From Macrostomum lignano (Eukaryota): a DNA stretch of 64,000 nt. Position 1 is the stretch's first letter, and every line of letters begins with the position of its first letter. The notes under the pieces were generated by a model. It searched no databases. It was given only the letters and a program-made list of their open reading frames with translations, and had not been told where the DNA came from. The stretch is taken from the NCBI GenBank assembly GCA_002269645.1, contig NIVC01001135.1, positions 62,001 through 126,000 on the forward strand. The letters run 5' to 3'. The position numbers were made by a program, and so were the translations under genes. This document shows positions 43,809 through 64,000 of this stretch, piece after piece.

Positions 43809-46800
43809 AACAAGCTGATATTCTAAGCAACAAGCTGATATTCTAAGCAACAAGCTGATATTCTAAGCAACAAGCTGATATTCTAAGCAACAAGCTGATA
43901 TTCTAAGCAACAAGCTGATATTCTAAGCAACAAGCTGATATTCTAAGCAACAAGCTGATATTCTAAGCAACAAGCTGATATTCTAAGCAACAAGCTGATA
44001 TTTTAAGCAACAAGCTGATATTCTAAGCAACAAGCTGATATTCTAAGCAACAAGCTGATATTTTAAGCAACAAGCTGATATTCTAAGCAACAAGCTGATA
44101 TTCTAAGCAACAAGCTGATATTCTAAGCAACAAGCTGATATTCTAAGCAACAAGCTGATATTCTAAGCAACAAGCTGATATTCTAAGCAACAAGCTGATA
44201 TTCTAAGCAACAAGCTGATATTCTAAGCAACAAGCTGATATTCTAAGCAACAAGCTGATATTCTAAGCAACAAGCTGATATTCTAAGCAACAAGCTGATA
44301 TTCTAAGCAACAAGCTGATATTTTAAGCAACAAGCTGATATTCTAAGCAACAAGCTGATATTCTAAGCAACAAGCTGATATTTTAAGCAACAAGCTGATA
44401 TTCTAAGCAACAAGCTGATATTCTAAGCAACAAGCTGATATTTTAAGCAACAAGCTGATATTCTAAGCAACAAGCTGATATTCTAAGCAACAAGCTGATA
44501 TTCTAAGCAACAAGCTGATATTCTAAGCAACAAGCTGATATTCTAAGCAACAAGCTGATATTCTAAGCAACAAGCTGATATTCTAAGCAACAAGCTGATA
44601 TTCTAAGCAACAAGCTGATATTCTAAGCAACAAGCTGATATTCTAAGCAACAAGCTGATATTCTAAGCAACAAGCTGATATTCTAAGCAACAAGCTGATA
44701 TTCTAAGCAACAAGCTGATATTTTAAGCAACAAGCTGATATTCTAAGCAACAAGCTGATATTCTAAGCAACAAGCTGATATTTTAAGCAACAAGCTGATA
44801 TTCTAAGCAACAAGCTGATATTCTAAGCAACAAGCTGATATTCTAAGCAACAAGCTGATATTCTAAGCAACAAGCTGATATTCTAAGCAACAAGCTGATA
44901 TTCTAAGCAACAAGCTGATATTCTAAGCAACAAGCTGATATTCTAAGCAACAAGCTGATATTCTAAGCAACAAGCTGATATTCTAAGCAACAAGCTGATA
45001 TTCTAAGCAACAAGCTGATATTCTAAGCAACAAGCTGATATTCTAAGCAACAAGCTGATATTCTAAGCAACAAGCTGATATTCTAAGCAACAAGCTGATA
45101 TTCTAAGCAACAAGCTGATATTCTAAGCAACAAGCTGATATTTAAGCAACAAGCTGATATTCTAAGCAACAAGCTGATATTCTAAGCAACAAGCTGATAT
45201 TCTAAGCAACAAGCTGATATTCTAAGCAACAAGCTGATATTCTAAGCAACAAGCTGATATTCTAAGCAACAAGCTGATATTCTAAGCAACAAGCTGATAT
45301 TCTAAGCAACAAGCTGATATTTTAAGCAACAATCTGATATTCTAAGCAACAAGCTGATATTCTAAGCAACAAGCTGATATTCTAAGCAACAAGCTGATAT
45401 TTTAAGCAACAAGCTGATATTTTAAGCAACAAGCTGATATTCTAAGCAACAAGCTGATATTTTAAGCAACAAGCTGATATTCTAAGCAACAAGCTGATAT
45501 TCTAAGCAACAAGCTGATATTCTAAGCAACAAGCTGATATTCTAAGCAACAAGCTGATATTCTAAGCAACAATCTGATATTCTAAGCAACAAGCTGATAT
45601 TCTAAGCAACAAGCTGATATTCTAAGCAACAATCTGATATTCTAAGCAACAAGCTGATATTCTAAGCAACAAGCTGATATTCTAAGCAACAAGCTGATAT
45701 TCTAAGCAACAAGCTGATATTCTAAGCAACAAGCTGATATTCTAAGCAACAAGCTGATATTCTAAGCAACAAGCTGATATTCTAAGCAACAAGCTGATAT
45801 TCTAAGCAACAAGCTGATATTCTAAGCAACAAGCTGATATTCTAAGCAACAAGCTGATATTCTAAGCAACAAGCTGATATTCTAAGCAACAAGCTGATAT
45901 TCTAAGCAACAAGCTGATATTCTAAGCAACAAGCTGATATTCTAAGCAACAAGCTGATATTTAAGCAACAAGCTGATATTCTAAGCAACAAGCTGATATT
46001 CTAAGCAACAAGCTGATATTCTAAGCAACAAGCTGATATTCTAAGCAACAAGCTGATATTCTAAGCAACAAGCTGATATTCTAAGCAACAAGCTGATATT
46101 CTAAGCAACAAGCTGATATTCTAAGCAACAAGCTGATATTCTAAGCAACAAGCTGATATTCTAAGCAACAAGCTGATATTCTAAGCAACAAGCTGATATT
46201 CTAAGCAACAAGCTGATATTCTAAGCAACAAGCTGATATTCTAAGCAACAAGCTGATATTCTAAGCAACAAGCTGATATTCTAAGCAACAAGCTGATATT
46301 CTAAGCAACAAGCTGATATTCTAAGCAACAAGCTGATATTCTAAGCAACAAGCTGATATTCTAAGCAACAAGCTGATATTCTAAGCAACAAGCTGATATT
46401 CTAAGCAACAAGCTGATATTCTAAGCAACAAGCTGATATTCTAAGCAACAAGCTGATATTCTAAGCAACAAGCTGATATTCTAAGCAACAAGCTGATATT
46501 CTAAGCAACAAGCTGATATTCTAAGCAACAAGCTGATATTCTAAGCAACAAGCTGATATTCTAAGCAACAAGCTGATATTCTAAGCAACAAGCTGATATT
46601 CTAAGCAACAAGCTGATATTCTAAGCAACAAGCTGATATTCTAAGCAACAAGCTGATATTCTAAGCAACAAGCTGATATTCTAAGCAACAAGCTGATATT
46701 CTAAGCAACAAGCTGATATTCTAAGCAACAAGCTGATATTCTAAGCAACAAGCTGATATTCTAAGCAACAAGCTGATATTCTAAGCAACAAGCTGATATT

Positions 46801-48704
46801 CTAAGCAACAAGCTGATATTCTAAGCAACAAGCTGATATTCTAAGCAACAAGCTGATATTCTAAGCAACAAGCTGATATTCTAAGCAACAAGCTGATATT
46901 CTAAGCAACAATCTGATATTCTAAGCAACAAGCTGATATTCTAAGCAACAAGCTGATATTCTAAGCAACAAGCTGATATTCTAAGCAACAAGCTGATATT
47001 CTAAGCAACAAGCTGATATTCTAAGCAACAAGCTGATATTCTAAGCAACAAGCTGATATTCTAAGCAACAAGCTGATATTCTAAGCAACAAGCTGATATT
47101 CTAAGCAACAAGCTGATATTCTAAGCAACAAGCTGATATTCTAAGCAACAAGCTGATATTCTAAGCAACAAGCTGATATTCTAAGCAACAAGCTGATATT
47201 CTAAGCAACAAGCTGATATTCTAAGCAACAAGCTGATATTCTAAGCAACAAGCTGATATTCTAAGCAACAAGCTGATATTCTAAGCAACAAGCTGATATT
47301 CTAAGCAACAAGCTGATATTCTAAGCAACAAGCTGATATTCTAAGCAACAAGCTGATATTCTAAGCAACAAGCTGATATTCTAAGCAACAAGCTGATATT
47401 CTAAGCAACAAGCTGATATTCTAAGCAACAAGCTGATATTCTAAGCAACAAGCTGATATTCTAAGCAACAAGCTGATATTCTAAGCAACAAGCTGATATT
47501 CTAAGCAACAAGCTGATATTCTAAGCAACAAGCTGATATTCTAAGCAACAAGCTGATATTCTAAGCAACAAGCTGATATTCTAAGCAACAAGCTGATATT
47601 CTAAGCAACAAGCTGATATTCTAAGCAACAAGCTGATATTCTAAGCAACAAGCTGATATTCTAAGCAACAAGCTGATATTCTAAGCAACAAGCTGATATT
47701 CTAAGCAACAAGCTGATATTCTAAGCAACAAGCTGATATTCTAAGCAACAAGCTGATATTCTAAGCAACAAGCTGATATTCTAAGCAACAAGCTGATATT
47801 CTAAGCAACAAGCTGATATTCTAAGCAACAAGCTGATATTCTAAGCAACAAGCTGATATTCTAAGCAACAAGCTGATATTCTAAGCAACAAGCTGATATT
47901 CTAAGCAACAAGCTGATATTCTAAGCAACAAGCTGATATTCTAAGCAACAAGCTGATATTCTAAGCAACAAGCTGATATTCTAAGCAACAAGCTGATATT
48001 CTAAGCAACAAGCTGATATTCTAAGCAACAAGCTGATATTCTAAGCAACAAGCTGATATTCTAAGCAACAAGCTGATATTCTAAGCAACAAGCTGATATT
48101 CTAAGCAACAAGCTGATATTCTAAGCAACAAGCTGATATTCTAAGCAACAAGCTGATATTCTAAGCAACAAGCTGATATTCTAAGCAACAAGCTGATATT
48201 CTAAGCAACAAGCTGATATTCTAAGCAACAAGCTGATATTCTAAGCAACAAGCTGATATTCTAAGCAACAAGCTGATATTCTAAGCAACAAGCTGATATT
48301 CTAAGCAACAAGCTGATATTCTAAGCAACAAGCTGATATTCTAAGCAACAAGCTGATATTCTAAGCAACAAGCTGATATTCTAAGCAACAAGCTGATATT
48401 CTAAGCAACAAGCTGATATTCTAAGCAACAAGCTGATATTCTAAGCAACAAGCTGATATTCTAAGCAACAAGCTGATATTCTAAGCAACAAGCTGATATT
48501 CTAAGCAACAAGCTGATATTCTAAGCAACAAGCTGATATTCTAAGCAACAAGCTGATATTCTAAGCAACAAGCTGATATTCTAAGCAACAAGCTGATATT
48601 CTAAGCAACAAGCTGATATTCTAAGCAACAAGCTGATATTCTAAGCAACAAGCTGATATTCTAAGCAACAAGCTGATATTCTAAGCAACAAGCTGATATT
48701 CTAA
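43809..48704. repeat. 20-bp satellite (AACAAGCTGATATTCTAAGC)n, ~245 copies
   Basis: Direct reading; near-perfect. Confidence 0.98.
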
Positions 48705-49024
48705 TAATACTTTGCATGCCTCTTTATAGCGTAAGTTAAGTTACTAATCGATGATTTTGTGAACCCCACATGTAGAAATTTTCAACATCAAATTAAAAGC
48801 AGTAAAAACCGATTATACTACTGCAAGTAGCGGATCAACACGGTTTTCGAGCACAAAAATTCGATGAAACTCCAGAACAATTTTGTTTTGATGTAAAAAA
48901 GTTCATCAATTTTTAACATTTTAACATTATTATTATTATTATTTACCACTTCAAGGTCAACAAATTCATGGTCAGAGTTATGCACCCGCAGTAAATTATG
49001 GCGACAGGGTCGATAATTTTGTTA

Positions 49025-50160
49025 GCTAGATTAGCAATCCATTTGATTCCCTCATTCGCGTTGGCGAGATTAGCAATCCATTTGATTCCCTCATTCGCGT
49101 TGGCGAGATTAGCAATCCATTTGATTCCCTCATTCGCGTTGGCGAGATTAGCAATCCATTCGATATATTGTTCCATACATGGGTTAATATATCGAATGGA
49201 TTGCTAATCTATCCAGGTATTGATTAATATATATCAAATGGATTGCTAATCTATCCAGGTATTGATTAATATATATCAAATGGATTGCTAATCTATCCAG
49301 GTATGGGTTAATATATCGAATGGATTGCTAATCTATCCAGGTATTGATTAATATATATCAAATGGATTGCTAATCTATCCAGGTATGGGTTAATATATCA
49401 AATGGATTGCTAATCTATCCAGGTATTGATTAATATATATCGAATGGATTGCTAATCTATCCAGGCATGGAAAAATATATCGAATGGATTGCTAATCTAT
49501 CCAGGTATTGATTAATATATATCAAATAGATTGCTAATCTATCCAGGTATTGATTAATATATATCAAATGGATTGCTAATCTATCCAGGTATTGATTAAT
49601 ATATATCAAATGGATTGCTAATCTATCCAGGTATGGGTTAATATATCGAATGGATTGCTAATCTATCCAGGTATGGAACAATATATCGAATGGATTGCTA
49701 ATCTATCCAGGTATGGAACAATATATCGAATGGATTGCTAATCTATCCAGGTATGGAACAATATATCGAATGGATTGCTAATCTATCCAGGTATGGGTTA
49801 ATATATCGAATGGATTGCTAATATATCCAGGATAATCTACCTGGATATATTAGCAATCCATTCGATATATTAACCCATACCTGGATAGATTAGCAATCCA
49901 TTCGATATATTAACCCATACCTGGATAGATTAGCAATCCATTCGATATATTGTTCCATACCTGGATATATCTAATCTACCTGGATATATTAGCAATCCAT
50001 TCGATATATTAACCCATACCTGGATAGATTAGCAATCCATTCGATATATTAACCCATACCTGGATAGATTAGCAATCCATTTGATATATATTAATCAATA
50101 CCTGGATAGATTAGCAATCCATTCGATATATTAACCCATACCTGGATAGTTTTAGCAATC
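49025..50160. repeat. 39-43-bp tandem arrays in alternating orientation
   Basis: Reverse block ~49025-49177, forward block 49178-49830, reverse block 49841-50160; shared core AATGGATTGCTAA. Confidence 0.9.
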
Positions 50161-51224
50161 CAACTAATTTCTATTCTGCTATAGTGTTCATAGAAAAACT
50201 GTTTTTTCTTGTTGCTTTCTCAAAGAACAAATTGTATTACAGTACTCTTGGTAACCAAGCAATTACCCCCCTTAGCCGAAATTTTCTGTAACATATCTCA
50301 AGAGGCTAAGCATGCCATACTGCGTGCTCGCATTAGCGATAAGAAGTGAAGGGCATTTAGGAATTTCACACCAGATTTGCCGCAGAACCAGACAGACAGG
50401 CAGGTTTAAACTGGAAAGCAGTTGAGTGTACACTTGTACACGCTGTAACTGTGACGCAGGCCAACCCTACAATCCTTACCCCCTCATCAGCCCCAAACTG
50501 CGGACCTGCAGTGTGCATATGGGAGTACAGTGAGAGATTTGCTTAGTCAGAGACACAGAGAGAGACTGATAAAAGCTGAATATCTTGCTTTCTCGGCTCA
50601 AGTGATTTCCCAACCGCCTGACGGAATTAGTTAGCGGCTAAATAACTTCGGGTGAGTTGCAAGAGGATCTGAATTTTATTTGTTTATTATTTCAAAGCCT
50701 AAAATATGATTAAATGATAAATGATATGCAAATTTTCTATCATTTCTCTCTTTTTCCCAAACCCTCGGTCAGGCGAGCAAGCAGATTTTCAAAGCGGATT
50801 TATCATACTGGTATTTCCCAGCCACGGCTGAGATGGTCATAAAAATGACCGATTATCGATGGATGCTTTGAGTTTAGAATCCTGTTTAGCTAATTGGAAA
50901 ACCGGGCCTGATTAGCATATCTGCAACAGCGGAGGCTGGGAATGATTCTGGCAGAGATGAAGCGCACCGGCTCCCACTTGTCAGTGATGGATAGGCAAGG
51001 ATAGAAAATGTATTTCAATGATATTCATCCAGTAAGCATTATTTATATTGACAATCATTAATTGGGAAGTCGGAAACTGATTGAGTCGAATAGCTCAAAT
51101 GGCGCAGTGTTCCATTCGTTTTTCAAGCAGATTAATTAACGGCATCCACTTTGGCAGTCACCGAGCTCCTGTCGGATATGAGTAGGAGCAGATGCCGAGG
51201 AGTTGCATGCAAGTAGAAATGGAA

Positions 51225-51720
51225 GACAGAGATGGAGGAGGCGAGGAGAGGAGGGGATGGAGGAGGGGAAGAGGGGAGGAAATGGAGGAGGGAGGAGGGG
51301 AGGGGATGGAGGAGGGGAGGAGGGGAGGGATGGAGGAGGGGAGGAGGGGAGGGGATGGAGGAGGCGAGGAGAGGAGGGGATGGAGGAGGGGAAGAGGGGA
51401 GGAGATGGAGGAGGGGAAGAGGGGAGGAGATGGAGGAGGGGAGGAGGGGAGGGGATGGAGGAGGGGAGGAGGGGAGGAGATGGAGGAGGGAAGAGGGGAG
51501 GGGATGGAGGAGGGGAGGAGGGGAGGAGATGGAGGAGGGGAGGAGGGGAGGGGATGGAGGAGGGGAGGAGGGGAGGAGATGGAGGAGGGGAAGAGGGGAG
51601 GAGATGGAGGAGGGGAGGAGGGGAGGAAATGAAGGAGGGGAGGAGGGGAGGGGATGGAGGAGGGGAGGAGGGGAGGGGATGGAGGAGGGGAAGGGGATGG
51701 GATGGAGGAGGGGAGATGTA
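51225..51720. repeat. GA-rich low-complexity repeat
   Basis: (GGAGGAGGGG..GAT)n. Confidence 0.9.
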
Positions 51721-52016
51721 GCAGAAGAAGAAGCCATCAGGAAAAGCGGAACTGCTAAGCTGTTGCTGGCTCGTGAGTTTGTAGTTCCAAAGCCCCCCCC
51801 CCTTGCCTGGCCCATAGAAACTGAAGTACGAGTACTGGCGTATGCCAACTATTCTCTTAGCCAAACTGTCTATCCTTATTTCCCCTCTTCTCAGTGACAG
51901 CATCAAGATGCTGACAGACAAAAGCAGAAATAGTTAGTTGTTTAACAAAACCCGCGGTGAATTCCAGCCTTTTTAACCGACTGCTGCGGCAACAGTTGCG
52001 CATATTTTGCTAAGCC

Positions 52017-52382
52017 ATGGCCAAGCCAGTGAGCTACGATGAGGTGGTGAAGATGCTGAAGACCAACAGCGGCTGCCTGCTGGACGTTCGCACCCAGGAG
52101 GAGCTGGACACCCACGGCCGGTACCCAAAGTACATCCACGTGCCGCACAGCGAGGTCGCCGAGGCGATGCAACTGCCGGACTCCGAGTTCAAAGCTCGTT
52201 ACCATGGAGACAAGCCGAAAGCGGGCGATCAGATTATCACCTCCTGCATGGCTGGCAAGAGGGCTGGCATGGCTGCCGATGCTCTGGCCAAGCTGAACTT
52301 CACCAACGTGGGAGTTTACAGCGGCAGCTTCAGCGACTGGAAGAGCCAGCAGGCCGATCCCGCCAAGGCCTACAAGGACTGA
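52017..52382 (+). CDS. Single-domain rhodanese / thiosulfate sulfurtransferase-like protein (TSTD-like), 121 aa, intronless
   Basis: LLDVRTQEE, active-site loop CMAGKR, YSGSFSDW; AATAAA at 52417-52422. Confidence 0.9.
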   Translation: MAKPVSYDEVVKMLKTNSGCLLDVRTQEELDTHGRYPKYIHVPHSEVAEAMQLPDSEFKARYHGDKPKAGDQIITSCMAGKRAGMAADALAKLNFTNVGVYSGSFSDWKSQQADPAKAYKD

Positions 52383-52454
52383 GCCTGGAGACGGCGCTGG
52401 GCTCTGGCTTTTGGCTAATAAATTTATTGACACTTTTGTACTCTTAGTTTATTC

Positions 52455-52800
52455 GAGTATTCCCGCACCCTGTGACAGCTCCCGCACATGATAGGGCACC
52501 CTGTGACAGCTCCCGCACATGCTAGGGCACCCTGTGACAGCTCCCGCACATGATAGGGCACCCTGTGACAGCTCCCGCACATGATAGGGCACCCTGTGAC
52601 ATCTCCAGCACATGATAGGGCACCCTGTGACAGCTCCCGCACATGATAGGGCACCCTGTTACATATCCAGCACATGATAGGGCACCCTGTGACATCTCCA
52701 GCACATGATAGGGCACCCTGTTACATATCCAGCACATGATAGGGCACCCTGTGACATCTCCAGCACATGCTAGGGCACCCTGTGACATCTCCAGCACATG
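52455..52800. repeat. 31-bp tandem repeat
   Basis: Unit GCACATGATAGGGCACCCTGTGACAGCTCCC. Confidence 0.9.
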
Positions 52801-53509
52801 AACCTCCGATCAAATAATGTCAGCTATAGTTTGATGTTTCACATTAATTTTCCCCATCTTAGCAATGTCGAATTTCCTAAAAACAAATCCATCTACTTAA
52901 ACTGTGATCTTTATAAACCGATCACTATCATTACATTGATATAGTTATATGACACCAATAAAGTACATAGGAATTGTCAGATTGATATCGATGCATAAGG
53001 GAACTCGACAAAAACACATTAGTTAATAGAAACCTACTATGAGTAGTATCATCGCGCTGGCAAAATAGTTCTTCACAGACACGAAATTGTACTACTGACA
53101 AGAAAAAATAAGCCCTTGCTGTACGAGTATGAATAAGGGGCTTCACTGAACAAGAAGAGCGACGAACATCAACTCTGGACAATAAGATCGTGCCTTTCCA
53201 AGAAAGAAACTATACGCCAGTGAACTAAAATATTTCCGCTTAAAAATAAACACATTTCAATTTTTTAGAAGTTCAAGCGTTTTATAGAGAGCATTTTCAC
53301 GCTGATATGTACAAGTAGTAAGAATAGAGTATTTGCTCGTTTGTTTACACTTAACTGGTTTAGCTAGCTAGCCCCAAACCCAGTGCCGCCCGGATGGGAA
53401 CCGGGACTATTTAAAGTTTAATTTAGCAGTCCTTGGAAACTATGCGGATATGGAAAGACTGGCTTTTGATTTCGAAGTGCATAGTTTACTTTCTCTTTGC
53501 CATCTACCT

Positions 53510-54660
53510 GTTGACAGGGTCTAGGGTTTACCTCTTGACAGGGTCTACCTGTTTACAAAGTCTACCTGTTTACAGGGTCTACCTGTTTACAGGGTCTACC
53601 TGTTTACAGGGTCTACCTGTTTACAGGGTCTACCTGTTTACAGGGTCTACCTGTTTACAGGGTCTACCTGTTGACAGGGTCTACCTGTTTACAGGGTCTA
53701 CCTGTTTACAGGGTCTACCTGTTTACAGGGTCTACCTGTTGACAGGGTCTACCTGTTGACAGGGTCTACCTGTTGACAGGGTCTACCTGTTGACAGGGTC
53801 TACCTGTTGACAGGGTCTACCTGTTTACAGGGTCTACCTGTTTACAGGGTCTACCTGTTTACAGGGTCTACCTGTTTACAGGGTCTACCTGTTTACAGGG
53901 TCTACCTGTTTACAGGGTCTACCTGTTGACAGGGTCTACCTATTGACAGGGTCTACCTGTTGACAGGGTCTACCTGTTGACAGGGTCTACCTATTGACAG
54001 GGTCTACCTGTTGACAGGGTCTACCTGTTGACAGGGTCTACCTGTTTACAGGGTCTACCTGTTTACAGGGTCTACCTGTTTACAGGGTCTACCTGTTGAC
54101 AGGGTCTACCTGTTTACAGGGTCTACCTGTTGACAGGGTCTACCTGTTTACAGGGTCTACCTGTTTACAGGGTCTACCTGTTTACAGGGTATACCTATTG
54201 ACAGGGTATACCTGTTGACAGGGTCTACCTGTTTACAGGGTCTACCTGTTGACAGGGTCTACCTGTTGACAGGGTCTACCTGTTTACAGGGTCTACCTGT
54301 TTACAGGGTCTACCTGTTTACAGGGTCTACCTGTTGACAGGGTCTACCTGTTGAAAGGGGCTACCTGTTGACAGGGTCTACCTGTTGACAGGGTCTACAT
54401 GTACCTGTTGAAGGGTCTACCTGTTGACAGGGTCTACATGTACCTGTTGAAGGGTCTACCTGTTGACAGGGTCTACATGTACCTGTTGAAGGGTCTACCT
54501 GTTGACAGGGTTTGACTGTTGACAAGGCATACCAGGTGACCTGGGCTACCTGTTAACAGGATCTACCTGTTGACCGGAGTTCTGTTGACATTGTTTACCT
54601 GTTGACAAGGCCTACCAGGTGACCCGGGCTACCTGTTGACAGTTTCTACCAGGCAATCGT
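53510..54660. repeat. 17-bp minisatellite (TCTACCTGTTTACAGGG)n
   Basis: Direct reading; degenerates at the right end. Confidence 0.92.
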
Positions 54661-54722
54661 TGCCGCCAGGGTTTCATTAAAAGTACATTCATTTGTTCAA
54701 ATTGTCGCCACAGCTCAACTGC

Positions 54723-64000
<9,278 letters not shown>

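Noticed and set aside
43809-48704. CRISPR-like or telomeric array
   Set aside because: No unique spacers, no cas genes, not a telomere motif; eukaryotic satellite.

Overview
Eukaryotic (metazoan) DNA with GC-rich exons, AT-rich spacers and minisatellite-filled introns. The style suggests a flatworm such as Macrostomum (inference). Six host genes were reconstructed by hand from splice sites and family motifs: a 5-exon SLC1/EAAT glutamate transporter (+, 9989-13883), an orphan secreted 6-Cys peptide (-, 14267-14482), a 6-exon ERK1/2 MAP kinase (-, 17026-37280), a 3-exon innexin (+, 39917-43007, with a GC-AG intron and a 1-nt frameshift), a single-domain rhodanese (+, 52017-52382) and a partial peptide GPCR (-, 54723->64000). 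The 14-kb ERK intron 1 holds a decayed Ty3/Gypsy element, itself carrying two solo LTRs of another family. It also holds a structurally complete 7291-bp hAT-like DNA transposon (16-bp TIRs, 7-bp TSD) whose spliced ~1158-aa transposase ends in an RG repeat plus a Tudor-like domain. Other elements: a P-like MITE nested in a tyrosine-recombinase retroelement fragment, a hAT MITE, RTE LINE fragments and more than 20 tandem arrays. One inverted array is built from a unit matching the P-like MITE terminus at 24/29 nt. The very long ORFs in the supplied track are artefacts of repeats. All coordinates were read by eye; no database searches were run.
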